From Octopus bimaculoides (taxonomy: Eukaryota): a DNA stretch of 64,000 bases. This document shows positions 52,600-64,000 of this stretch, piece by piece. The stretch lies in the NCBI RefSeq assembly GCF_001194135.2, contig NC_068984.1, positions 15,941,389-16,005,388 of the forward strand, in the 5' to 3' direction. The first letter of the stretch is position 1, and each line of letters starts with the position of its first letter. A program made the position numbers and the translations under genes. Under the pieces are notes generated by a model. It was not told the DNA's origin. It saw only the letters and a program-made list of their open reading frames with translations, and searched no databases.

Positions 52600-53070
52600 C
52601 TTTGGTAATGTGCTGTGCTTGAGAAGACCTGTCAAGCCAAGTGTACCTGTGCTGACGGCATGTAAAGAACACCTTTTGAGCGTTGGGCCTCTTGGAGGCA
52701 AAATGGCTGAGTTCCTTTTGAGTGTTGGGCCTCACAGACGCAATGACCAAAACCTTTGGCATCATGTCATGCTTGAGAAGAAGAGCCATCAAGCCAAGTG
52801 AAATCACAGTCACGGCAGATACCAGTGCCATGCAAATGGCACTCATGCCAGTAGTACGTAAAAGCACCCCGGTGTCACACATATGGCACCTGTGCCAGTG
52901 ACACATAGAAGCACCCATTACACTCTCAGAGTGGCTGGTGTTAGGAAGAGCATCCAGCTGTAGAAAACCATGCCACATCAGACTGGAGTCTGGTGCAGCC
53001 TTCCAGTGTGCCAGCCCGGTCAAACCATCCAACCCATGCCAGCATGGACAACAGACATTAAATGATGATG
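52600..53070 (+). mobile_element. Family 2-related SINE
   Basis: Ends ccaacccatgccagcatggacaacagacattaaatgatgatg. Confidence 0.75.
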
Positions 53071-54959
53071 AAAATTTACCCCTTGAATTTCAAGGAACTT
53101 GCATATACAATCCTTGGTTCTGCTATTAATTCATGATATTTAGGTCTTGATAGTCTCATTGGATTAAGGGGCAGAATTTCATGCTAGTATCACTATATTA
53201 ATTATGGTTCCATAATATTTAGTTGTGGTTTTACATAGTATTAAGGGTCATTTTTAGTTCTAAAGTATAAAGGATCATTGTTTAGTCCTAGTGTCTTATT
53301 AGATAAATGGGAGATAAAGCCATTGCGTCAAAAGATGTTAAGGCGTTACATAGGACATCTACTAATGGAATGAGCCAATTGAGTGTGGCTATTTGGATGT
53401 TGATTTAGCACAGCACACTGGACATTCAGCCCGTTTTGGTGTTTTGGTACTGGAAAATACTAATGTGCATTCAGAAATATACATATACAGATAAAAAGAA
53501 CAGGATTGATTTAAATACTCCCTTTTTTTCATATACATAAAGAGAAGTATGCTCATACACATAAACAGAGAAAAAGAGAGAGTGAGAAGGAAGGAAAGAA
53601 CAGATGAATTTAAAAACGTCATTAAAAATAAGTCAGTGTCGAATCAGTGACGCCAAATAGGTGGCACCAAAATGGCTGAGCCAGAATGTCTCATTCCCAT
53701 CAACAAAACCAGTTCACTTGTACCATCATTTAACCACAGAAGTCGAAGCCTGTATTAGTCTGACAGGATAATTTTCTTTCTCAAATGACATACACACAAT
53801 TCAATACCTGAAGTGGGAACTGAACCTATCAAATGATTTGCATAAAATTTCCTTTTCTAAAATCAGACTTCTATATGGTTAAAATTCCTTATTTTAATTT
53901 TTTCCCATTAATACGACTAGTTGGTCCTTTTTATACCTTTAGCATAGTACACTCTCTTGAATCCATTCTCAATAAATTCCTGTTTTTTTTTAGTCTCTGG
54001 AGGCTTTGATAAAACTATAATAAAACTAGATAAAAAAAAAACCTAAACCATCCCAAGGAACAGATTTCATGTAAAAGATCCCCACATTTTCTTGCCTTAA
54101 GCTTCTTAAAAATTTAGATCCTTAAGGATAAGAATAAAAATCTTGCAACAAAAACGACACAGTCCCAGGATTTGTACATATTACACCGTACTAGGATCAC
54201 GACTAACTCTATATTGTTAGCTCACTGTTCGATGGACTTGCTGGAAAAAGTAGCCAAATCTCCTTCAAATCATACCCTACCAACTTGTAAAAAGACTGTG
54301 GGTCTAAATTCGCAATATGCGAGAGAGGGACGGGACAGTCATAACTGGAAAGCCTTAGGTCATGGGTTTGTTCAGTCTGCACTAAGCAGCATTATAGGCA
54401 TTACACTATTCTGGGAGTAATTCTATTATTTTCTCAGCCTGTCAAGCAGTGTAAAAAGGTATTCTCTTACAGACCTGTTCAACCTGAGAGAGAGAGAGAA
54501 AGAGAGATAGAGCAAGCAACACTCCAGTATGTCTTTAATACTGCACTTCTTATTCTTTCTGAAATCTCTCTCTGCATCTCTACAACATATTTCCTATTAT
54601 AACTTTAATATTTGGTAGTGCATAACGAGACCATTTTGGATGCTGATATCATTTTAAGACAATATCGTTAATATTAAACTGAGGAATTCTAGATTCCAGT
54701 GAAAAATCATCAATTCAGCTGCCCAGTTTTTCAGCTGCGTGTTTTTTTTTTCCTTCATATAGTTGAATTAACGCAAATGCATTTGTTTTAGAAATCAATT
54801 TAGCCGAACAGAAACATGTTACCTATAGTATATGGAGACAGAATTAATGTTTTTCAAATGAATTTAGTAAATGAAAGAAGGTAATTAATATACTTACTGC
54901 TACTTAGCAGCGAGTGTCAACTAAAAAAATAAAAACAAAAACAGAAGCAAAAGGCGTTT

Positions 54960-55225
54960 GAGCAAAGCTCCTCCCCCGCCAACCCGTCAATTAACTTCAA
55001 GTTATCGTTGAGTTGGCTTTATCTGCAGATGGAATCCAACATCTCATTCAACTCAGCTCTGCTGACCAAAGAAAATATTGTTGCTAGCGCAGAAACAAAG
55101 TCACAGGATTTAAGTTACATAATTTTCAGCCAATCCAACCAATGAAAAATAAAAATAAAATATGAGAATAATTACAAGTTGTCAGAGCGCACACAACACA
55201 TTCAACATACACTATATAAATACAA
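54960..55225 (+). promoter_or_regulatory. Possible core promoter: GC-box-like ctcccccgcc, two CCAAT boxes (55130, 55139), TATATAAA (55213-55220)
   Basis: Motifs in canonical order and spacing inside a CpG-retaining region; short motifs can occur by chance. Confidence 0.25.
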
Positions 55226-56419
55226 TACTTAATTACCGAGAGATGTGGTGAAATAAAATGTTTTTTTTTTTGTAGTCTGTCCGCAATATGATTTCTTTCG
55301 GCTAGCTAAATAACCAATATTTATAGATCTGGTGTATCCGATTAAAGTGACGCAATATAACACTGGTACTTAATCTCATCGATTCCTGTAGGGATGAACG
55401 ACAAAGTCAATCATAAACTCAAACTACTACTGCTATTGTTATTACAGTGAAAGCTTTTATTGGACGTNNNNNNNNNNTATATATATATATATGTTAGATA
55501 TAGATATGTGTGTTAGATAAGCAACGTTTAATAATCGACATAAACTATGCAAAAAACAAACAAAAAAATCATAGGTATATATTCTGTTGCTTAATATTTC
55601 TTCATAAAAAATATCTTTTTTTTTTTTAAAAGAAAACGTTTTAAAACCCAACCCATTAAATTACTTAAATATTTGTCATTCAAGATAACAAAAATTAATT
55701 ATATGTCCCATTTTCTAGAACAGGTTGTGAGCAAGACTGTTCTGGCCCTCAGTAACACACCAGCTTATTGTCACCTGTTCAGTAATTATGCAGAGTTCTT
55801 ACTAGTCTTTTGTTTTTCTTGGATGATACAGCATGGTGACTTTCAATTTAAAAAAAAAAAATTAACGAAAACAAAAATAAACAAACTTCTGGTTTATATT
55901 CGAGTTCAATTTTGTTTTGAAAGCTTACTATTGTGAACCGTACTTCACAATAGGGAGCTTTTAAAACTGGATTGAATATATTTACACCGTAAAAGAAATC
56001 TGCATTACTAAATTGATTTTCTTCGAGGAAGTTAAGGGTTGTTAAGTAACTATTCTTCGTTATGTGAATATTCTTAGAGTCCGTATGATGGAGTAGTGTG
56101 AAGGTAGCAGCAGAAAGGAGGAACATTCAAAAACAAATACATAAATAAAGATTTGTTTAAATATACAAATGTTCAGATAGCAACAGCAATAGTAAAAACA
56201 AAGAGGAGCTAGGTACATATTTTAGAAGTCCAGTAGTTTCTTCTACTTCACCAGGTATTGGCAAATTTACGAATATAGTCTCTAGTTATGAGCGAAGGGC
56301 CGAAAATGACTAAAATGTAATTATTATAATTGAGTTTAGTAATACCATTTAAAATATGTATTCCATTTCACAATCCTGAGAGTAAAGACAGTGCGAAGGA
56401 AAGAAAGAATGTGACTTAC

Positions 56420-57261
56420 CTTTCACCAACTAACAAAATCTGTTGCTAATGGTCCCCAAACATAGTAAATTCTGTTGTCAATCGTCCTTTTTTCCTCTCC
56501 TACTTCTGGTTTGCTTTCAGTACAGCGTGCCTCACGGCACACAAGCATGTATTTCGCAAGTCGGGTGGGTCCCTTTCTTTACACGTAAATTTACAAAGAA
56601 ATATATGAGTGTAATGTGTGTTTTGTGTGTATAATCCTAGATTAATTTCATTATGTATGAACATTTATACGTTCACTTTTTACGATGCATTCGAATAAAT
56701 CGTTAACCAAAGTTGCGAAAGAACACGTAATCAGAGAATGGAGGGAAGTAGCCGACGAGGAAATTCACGCAGTTCCTGAAGAACAACGGCGAGAAGTCGA
56801 AGACTACTGAAGTCATAATTATCCCCTTCCACTACAACTATGTATTTCTTTGCCTTCGTTTACCCCCACCACTTTCATATACACAATCATTCTATGTTAG
56901 AGTGACATCCATGAAAACAGACTGAACGAACGAAGAAAGAGAGGCCAAGAATTAGAGGAAGGGAGTGATAGAAGAAACCATAAACTTTCTATAAAGGGGC
57001 GTCAGTAGTAAACAATGTCACAAACCTCAACTTCAATTTGTGCACAAAATTGAAGATCTGATCCAAACTACACGAAAGAAAATCGATCAAGTTTCTTCGG
57101 TTATTTTACCTTATTGATAGTTTGGTAATTATATTCAATATAATCAAAAATCTAATTTTTATTTGATTTTTTTTTCCAGTCACGACTCACAATAAAGTGC
57201 CAAATGCAACAAAAGGACTGATTTCCACGCTAACAAGGGAGTCTCTACGTGGTCCTAAGAC
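56420..57261 (-). ncRNA. Two spliced minus-strand exons (57191-57261 and about 56420-56576), apparently non-coding: 5'UTR of a leftward gene or a lncRNA
   Basis: gctattttttgcag| acceptor and ATT|gtgagt donor for the 71-nt exon; AAG|gtaagt donor at 56420; all three frames hit stops just before that donor. Confidence 0.4.
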
Positions 57262-57676
57262 CTGCAAAAAATAGCAGCCGAATCTGCCTAAACTCAGTCT
57301 ATCGTGGTATATACGTACAAGACATAAGATAATGTAAGTCTTATACTTCTCTAAAAAGACGGGATGTTCGATCAATGTTATCTATTATTACACACCATAC
57401 ATTCTAAATTTAAAAGCGTATCGACTTAGGGTTTCTGAACACGTTTATAAAAATACACTGCCACCCCTCTGTATTAAAATGGTATCGTCGTACTATTTCT
57501 CCGATCCCAACGTGTTAGTTGTTCTGCCACAGTGAGATAGCAGCAGCAATCACTTCCTAGAGGAAGTCTTTCCCAATATCTCACATTTAGTCAACATAGC
57601 TCACACTTGAAGCCATCTCTGTTGCTATTTAGACGTAGACTTTAGAATTGTTGACTAAATACTACACATATTTACA

Positions 57677-57711
57677 ATGGAGTCTCAGATGAACAAGGTA
57701 CTTACAGAAGT
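57677..57711 (+). CDS. Candidate first coding exon (MESQMNKVLTE) of a rightward gene
   Basis: acaATGG start context followed by GT|gtaagt donor at 57712. Confidence 0.3.
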
Positions 57712-58565
57712 GTAAGTTAGGATATTTTCCTTTTACGTCTATTATTGCTCTCCATTCATTAGAATATTTGTTAAATTGCTAGACTTCCGCTACGCACAGT
57801 ATATTAATGAGTAAATATAAGCGATGATTGGGAACAGTTTCATAGACCCCATGTCAATTACATAATCCCTAAAGCTATATACTATAAACCATTAATCGAA
57901 TAATATTATAAGCATAGTTTCTTACTAAAAAATCGATCTATTATTTGATCTGTTAGACTGACAAAATAATAATTATAAACTGTACATAGTTCATTCTATG
58001 TAAAGAGGATCGACTTGTTTTATATATATATATATATTAATAATTCATTTCGATATCGTTTTCGAATTAAATTTCATTATTTTAAAGGTTTTTAAAGGTT
58101 ATTTTAAAGCTGTTTTCTACATAAACACCCTTGGATGTTGTATGGGTCATAGTATTTAACCTTTGGGATAACATATTTTAGAAACCACGATTGCGATATC
58201 TACTTTTAGTCTATTTCTTTTAACTACTGATAACAGAAAGTTTCGATTCTTCTCACTATACATTATTAATAGTTCATTAGAAATATTTATTCCAATGCTC
58301 GGCCGTTTCCATTGACTTTATGACTTCTTGAAGAATGTTGATTTCTAAAATATGCTGCAAGACTTCTCATTTAAGGGACGAATATAGTCGATTAGATCAA
58401 CTCCAATACTTGATTGATACTTAAAAAAATTGCTAAGTTCATCTCTGGCCAAGTTGTTGTTAAGTGCAGATTTATACCATGTGATAGTAATTTAGAACTA
58501 TATTGTTACTAAAGAACGGAACTATATATATTTGGGAGCAGCGCCTATGGCTCTATGTTTTTCAG

Positions 58566-58579
58566 GGTCTCCGTGATAG
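58566..58579 (+). CDS. Candidate 14-nt micro-exon
   Basis: ctctatgtttttcag| acceptor and TAG|gtgagt donor; open in phase 2 to 1 (VSVI) following the 57711 exon. Confidence 0.3.
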
Positions 58580-58711
58580 GTGAGTTGTAAGAAAAGACTT
58601 GGTCCAAATGTTTGTACCAGAGAGGACTATGCTAAAGGGTTCCAAGGGCCAGATGGTAGTGTTAAACCGAGTGACTGGTTAAGTCTACCACACAAAGTTT
58701 GTGTATATATC

Positions 58712-58743
<32 letters not shown>

Positions 58744-59433
58744 TATGTATTTGTAATTTGCCTATGTTTACTTAAAACATCCGCTTTACAAAAATGAAAT
58801 ATTTAGTTCTTTATTTAAGTAGAAAAACATTATTCTGTATTGAACCCTTGGTCAGGACAGTTTTAGCAGTTCAATTCATAATTGATACTGTACTTTGGTA
58901 ATGGTAACATGAAACAATGATTCCTAACAAGGTTGTCGTATCGCATTGAAGATGCGACTAACAGAACTTGGGGGGCGTCGCAGTATTGTCTAATTTATAT
59001 TTAAGGAACCTTTGTATTATTAAAATATAATCTCTTACGAATTATCCTTCAGTGTATAAATAGTAGTAATTTTTCTTAAGATCTAAAACAACAAAATGAA
59101 TTAGGTTATCACAAATTAAAATATAAGACGGAATTACCGTCATTTGGAAAATAACTATTTAAAGTAACAATCATTTGTTTGGGTTTGAAGAAATTCCGAA
59201 AGCTGATTTAAAGTGTTTATTTAACACAAGTGACATATTTCTGAGATTCTGAAAGTGTTTGTGTTTTATGAAAATACATGTCATCGTGTATGATATATTC
59301 GGCAGAATTCTGCTACGTAAATAACTTCACTCTGGTTTGCATTTATCAAACATTTTCGGCCAACACCGGTTTGGGTCATAAACGATGTATATATTGTTGC
59401 TGTTGTAACCAAGCTTTCGATTTTGAGCAAACT

Positions 59434-59619
59434 TGGGTAATTTTTCAGATTAACACCCGCAAGATCTTCACTAGGGTGTTAGGGTTAGGGTTTTAGGGTT
59501 TGGGTTAGGAAATTCCGTCCATAACTGTAACACTAACCCTAACCCTAAAACTAACCCTAAAACCCTAACCCTAACACCCTAGTGAAGATCGTGCGGGTGT
59601 TAATCTGAAAAATTACCCA
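59434..59619. mobile_element. 186-bp foldback element with inward-facing telomeric TTAGGG/CCCTAA repeats
   Basis: 59434-59500 matches the reverse complement of 59553-59619 at 66 of 67 nt; the inner part of each arm is TTAGGG-like repeats. Confidence 0.75.
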
Positions 59620-59693
59620 GACCTGTTTCGAAGGCAATCTAATCTTGTCCATTCTGTCTCATGAGTATGTAGGGTTAAAGTAAATAAAGTAAA

Positions 59694-59786
59694 GGTAAAG
59701 AATACGCACACCATCCGTTTTCGGCGCTTAGGGTTAGGGTTAGGGTTAGGGTTACGCCGAAAACGAGTTGTGTGCGTATTTTTACC
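59694..59786. mobile_element. 93-bp mini-foldback enclosing exactly (TTAGGG)4
   Basis: Arms aatacgcacaccatccgttttcggcg / cgccgaaaacgagttgtgtgcgtatt flank (TTAGGG)4 at 59728-59751. Confidence 0.7.
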
Positions 59787-60689
59787 CCTGCCGTAAATAA
59801 TGTATATTTTTACACTTTCAAGACAGTAAGGTGTGATTTACCTGCTGTTTCTAGCAGGTCGAGTGACTACCTGGACGCTCTCTGTATAATTAAAATTCAC
59901 TGAGATGCTTCTAGGCCACGGACACCTTACCAAATACTGCTGCCATGGATATTTATATAGTTTAGGAGATGGGTTATGTTCGTAGCTGTAGTCAGGAAAA
60001 AAGGAAACCACTTTTCTGGGTTAATCTTCGTCTGAGGGACGAAAAAACTCAGTAATTTTTGCCGACGCAGTTTCCTTTACCTATACGAGTACATATATAG
60101 TATGACAACAGAATGTTGTTCAATTTCCGTTGGACGTACATTATAACTGTTAATTTTGGAAAATTCATTTCTGTTCTCTGTAATCGGTTATATTTTCATT
60201 TAACCCAATCGAACAATAACTGGGACGCACTTGACATCTCGGACGTTTCTTTTTTTCACACTGTCCATTCTTTATGTATGTTAGTTGTTGCTTAACGCTA
60301 TGTTAGTCCTGATTGACTAGACCTATGATGAAAAGCATTCCAGTCGTGACTGTCTCACCTATAGGGTATCTAAAAATATATTTTTTTTTAAAACAGTAGG
60401 ATATGATTTTGAGATGGGTTTAGCTGCTATTTTTAGCAAATTGAACGACCATGATAGGTTCTGATGACTTACTGCACTTATCGATGACGGTGTACATTCC
60501 AGTACATTGTTTGTGGCTAGTGAGATTATTGATGTTGCTATTTTTGAGTCTATGTACTTTTATTTGGACTGTGTATGTCACAGTGTTCTTAAGGTGGTAT
60601 TTTACTAATATTTTTAGGTGATGTAGAATTTAATCTTGGTTAAGCCATGCTATGCAGGTTGTTGGTTGAATGATGAAGTATGACTCGGG

Positions 60690-61270
60690 TCTACCTTCCC
60701 AGTTTTACAAGACCTTCATCATTTTGGCAACCATAGAGCGCAATCTTATATACATTGATGAATTGTATGAAAGCTTGGACATGTTGCATTTTGGATACTG
60801 TGCAGTATTTCTATGCTACACAGATTCTCGTGGTAGCGACAGCAGAGATGGGCAAGGTAACTTGGTCTGAGCATGACTGTTGCACTTCTTGGTGGTTTGC
60901 CTCCTAAATTAGTGTTTCAGACCTAAGAAGTCTATTGATTCTGTGGCTATTTCTGAATGTATATGTTCAGGTTGAGTGACAGTGACTGAGATATTGTTTT
61001 GAAGATGTAGTCATTGAAAATCCTTTGGGGGTTAGGATGAAAGATCACCGTCTGTTTGATATAACTTTGCGAGTCTACATGTCGTTATGTAGGCCAATAA
61101 GAGACCTACAAGTCTGCTTGCAGACTGAGCGTGGGAGAAGTGGTACTGTAGGTCATGTCACACTACCTTCTTCATTGACATTTATTGCTGAGATATTTGG
61201 TTCATGTATCGAAGTGTTGGGTTCTATAATAGATAATCCATTTCGTCGTGTGGCATTTGTTTACCAACGT
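60690..61270 (-). mobile_element. Highly decayed Penelope-like element fragment
   Basis: Frameshifted peptides IIYYRT..DT, LQYHFSHA, VIFHPNPQRIFNDYI and TCPS..NVYKIALYGCQ resemble the PLE RT thumb, linker and GIY-YIG motifs. Confidence 0.5.
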
Positions 61271-61615
61271 TTCTCACATGTACATATCATACTTCTTCAG
61301 ATTGCTTTTGTCTTTGGAACCACTTCATTTGTCCTCGTGTGTGCTTTCCTTCGTTCACCTTGAAGTAAAACAGTTGTTCGTCATCATCATCATCATCATT
61401 CAACATCCTTTTTGCCATGCTTATATGTGTTGGACGGAGTTTATTGAAGCAGATTTCTACGGCTGGCTGTCCTTCCTGTCATCAATCCTCACTGGTTTCC
61501 AAGCAAGGTAAAATTTCTCCATGGCCAGATATGATCTTGCAGAATACTGGAAATGAATGACATTGCTTGTGTGACAGTGACATTCACTTACAACCGTCAG
61601 GCAATGTCACGGCAA

Positions 61616-61666
<51 letters not shown>

Positions 61667-61819
61667 ATAGGCTTATTTCAGTTTCCATCTACCAAATACA
61701 CTCAAAGGCTTTGATGGATTTATAATAGAAGACACTTGCCCAAAGTACCACGCAATGAGACTGAACCTGGAACCATGTGGTTGGGAACTAAACTTCTTAC
61801 CATACAGTCATGCCTGATT

Positions 61820-63700
61820 ATCCAGTACTGCCTATTGAAACTGATATTCTGTAATTTGGGTTTCAAGGCAGGAGATACTGGCTTGCTCAAGCATGCTGGC
61901 ATTCTGCTATTTTCTTTCTCACTGAATGTATGTGATTTTCTTCAGACATCTATTTCTGATAGTGCATTTTCAGCTTATGGAGTGACAACCTATAATTTCT
62001 CCAGGTTTCAGAACTATCTGGGAGAGTTTATACATACGTTATACACCAGAAATTTAGTTGTCTCAGATCACACATTTCATATACCTGTCATCTCAGACAA
62101 ACAGGGTATGCTAGTATATTTTATTAGTGGTTGGGTCTCTTCATCAATAGCTGCATTCTGTGATTGATAGCTACCCAGATATTGGAAGTGCTCAACATTT
62201 TCCATCATCGTCCACATCATTGACTAGCTGAACTAGGTTCCTGCCTGTTGGCTGTTTGGAGATGCAAGATCATAGCTTTATTTATGTTGAAAGTTTGACC
62301 TATGCTTTCATATGTGTGGAGAAGATATTGTCTGTAGCTCTTTTTCTGAAGGTACACAAACTGTGACATCTGTGAACTAAAGTTCAAATAATCAAAGTAG
62401 TCATGGGCTTTGTTGTGGAGAATGCCAGAGTTAAATGACTTGCTTACTTTGCAGTATGAAATTCATCATCATCATCATCATCGTTTAACGTCCGCTTTCC
62501 ATGCTAGCATGGGTTGGACGATTTGACTGAGGACTGGTGAAACTAGATGGCTACACCAGGCTCCAATCTGATTTGGCAGAGTTTCTACAGCTGGATGCCC
62601 TTCCTAACGCCAACCACTCTGAGAGTGTAGTGGGTGCTTTTACGTGCCACCGGCACGAAGGCCAGTCAGGCTGTACTGGCAACGGCCACACTCAAAATGG
62701 TGTATTTTATGTGCCACCTACACAGGAGCCAGTCCAGCGGCACTGGCAACGATCTCGCTTGAAAGTCTTTACACATGCCACGGGCACAAGTGCCAGAAAG
62801 GCAGCGGTGGGCACAGGTGCCATCACGATTTCGCTTTTGCTTGCCCTAGCAGGTCTTTGCAAGCCGAGTTTTGTGTCCAATGAAGGAGACTTGCCCATAG
62901 TGGGCTTGAAGTATTAGGGCAATTGTGCACTCTTGTCTTACTCCATTTCTCATCATTTAGCACCTGTTTTCCATGCTGGCATGGGCTGGACTCTTTCACT
63001 GGAGCTGATAAGGCTGGGAACTACACCAGGTTTCAAAGTCTGTTTTGGCTTGGTTTCTGCAGCTGGATGCCCTTCCCAACATCAACTGCTTTATAGTGTA
63101 CTGACTGGGTGCTTCTTTGTGACATCAGCACAGGCAGTCACTAAGCAACTTGCCAGACAAAACTGCTTGGCTGGAGGGAGGAGGAGTAGTATTTAGGCAG
63201 GGGTGGCTTTGTGCCAGTTGAGAGATTAAAGGTATAGAGGGACAAGGATAGGTGTCTTGCTGTGGAGTAGATACATGGATGCCCCAGTTAGAAGCATTGC
63301 ACTTCAGCTTTCCTGTCATGCAGAAGTTGCTGGATTGTGATGAGTTTTTGTGAGCATCCCATGTTTGGCTAGCACATTTCACAGGGCTTCAGATTTACAG
63401 CATCAAAGAAAGCCATGTGTAATGGTTTGTGTTGCTCATGTCATTTCTCCCATAGCTGGTGTGCACAGAACACCAGATGAGTAATAGTTCTGAAAAGTTC
63501 TAAACTAGATTTGAACTAGAGATTCTCTGATAATGGGATGAGATGGTTGAGCAGGATTCGAACCAGAATTTTTCCAAGTATTTGACAAAAGTGAGAGTTG
63601 TCTGGACTTGCCACATTCTAATTTGTTTTCTTTCTTGAAGATAGTAGGAATGGTTGCATCTTTGAGGTTGTTTGTTGTTAGTGCTTCAGTTATCAAATCC
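61820..63700 (-). mobile_element. Decayed RTE-clade LINE reverse transcriptase, interrupted by SINEs at about 62463-63290
   Basis: LKDATIPTIFKKENKLECGKSRQLSLLS (63650-63560), VFCAHQLWEK..EQHKPLHMAFFD (63470-63400), ENVEHFQYLGS...AIDEE...TKFLVY...ETWRNY (62200-61990). Confidence 0.85.
62463..62885 (-). mobile_element. Family 2 SINE inserted in the RTE remnant
   Basis: Tail plus three internal modules. Confidence 0.85.
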
Positions 63701-64000
63701 TGTCAAATTTGATTGTCTCAACTTTTAGCAAAAAATTGCTTTCTTTCTTGGTTTCTGCAATGTCAGATGGTGCAGCTAGGTTGTTCATCATTTGGTCTTT
63801 GTTTGATGCTGTCTACAGATCTTTTATTTGTTGCACACTCTGCTCCTGCCTCTTTCTCTCATATTTTATCCCTATTCACCTTGCATAAAGTTCCTTCTCT
63901 CTTCATGAGGTTTGTAGTTTTGCAAGCTGTGTGGTGACTTCACTTGTGCTGGTGGCATGAGAAAAAAGTACCCAGTACATACTGCTTGTATTTGCTGGCA

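Noticed and set aside
55719-55835. Open plus-strand AG/GT segment (EQVVSKTVLALSNTPAYCHLF...)
   Set aside because: No compatible neighbouring exon found, and competing minus-strand donors lie in the same interval; left unassigned.
58942-58982. tgcgac/gtcgca hairpin after ttgaaga
   Set aside because: Only 6 bp, with no CUGA core or GAAA; compatible with chance.
61905-61952. Minus-strand CTGAAGA...GAAA hammerhead-like motif
   Set aside because: Lies within RTE coding sequence and has no stem I/III or cleavage triplet.

Overview
AT-rich eukaryotic DNA that looks like an octopus (coleoid) scaffold. The inference rests on dense tRNA-derived SINE families resembling the octopus OK/OR SINEs, abundant (TA)n/(TG)n/(AG)n/(ATG)n microsatellites, and 10-N contig joins; it is not database-confirmed. 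Most ORF-track entries are SINE or microsatellite read-throughs. Supported content: (1) one 700-nt minus-strand coding exon (1654-2353) of an unidentified gene whose probable 5' exons lie at about 4.2-4.8 kb; (2) a tentative, phase-consistent chain of small plus-strand exons from 9.3 to 41 kb encoding an unrecognised protein; (3) a CpG-retaining, promoter-like region at about 54.7-60.2 kb with short spliced exons on both strands; (4) decayed autonomous retroelements: a CRE-like REase fragment at 13.5-14.1 kb, Penelope-like GIY-YIG remnants at 34.7-35.5 and 60.7-61.3 kb, and an RTE LINE at 61.8-63.7 kb; (5) hAT-type MITEs and many SINEs. The top finding is a 362-bp foldback element (73-bp near-perfect terminal inverted repeats, 47322-47683) that carries a complete Penelope-type type I hammerhead ribozyme in its centre. 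Also notable are two adjacent foldback elements built around telomeric TTAGGG repeats at 59.4-59.8 kb. No rRNA, true tRNA gene or CRISPR array was seen. Repeat boundaries and exon models were derived by eye and are approximate.
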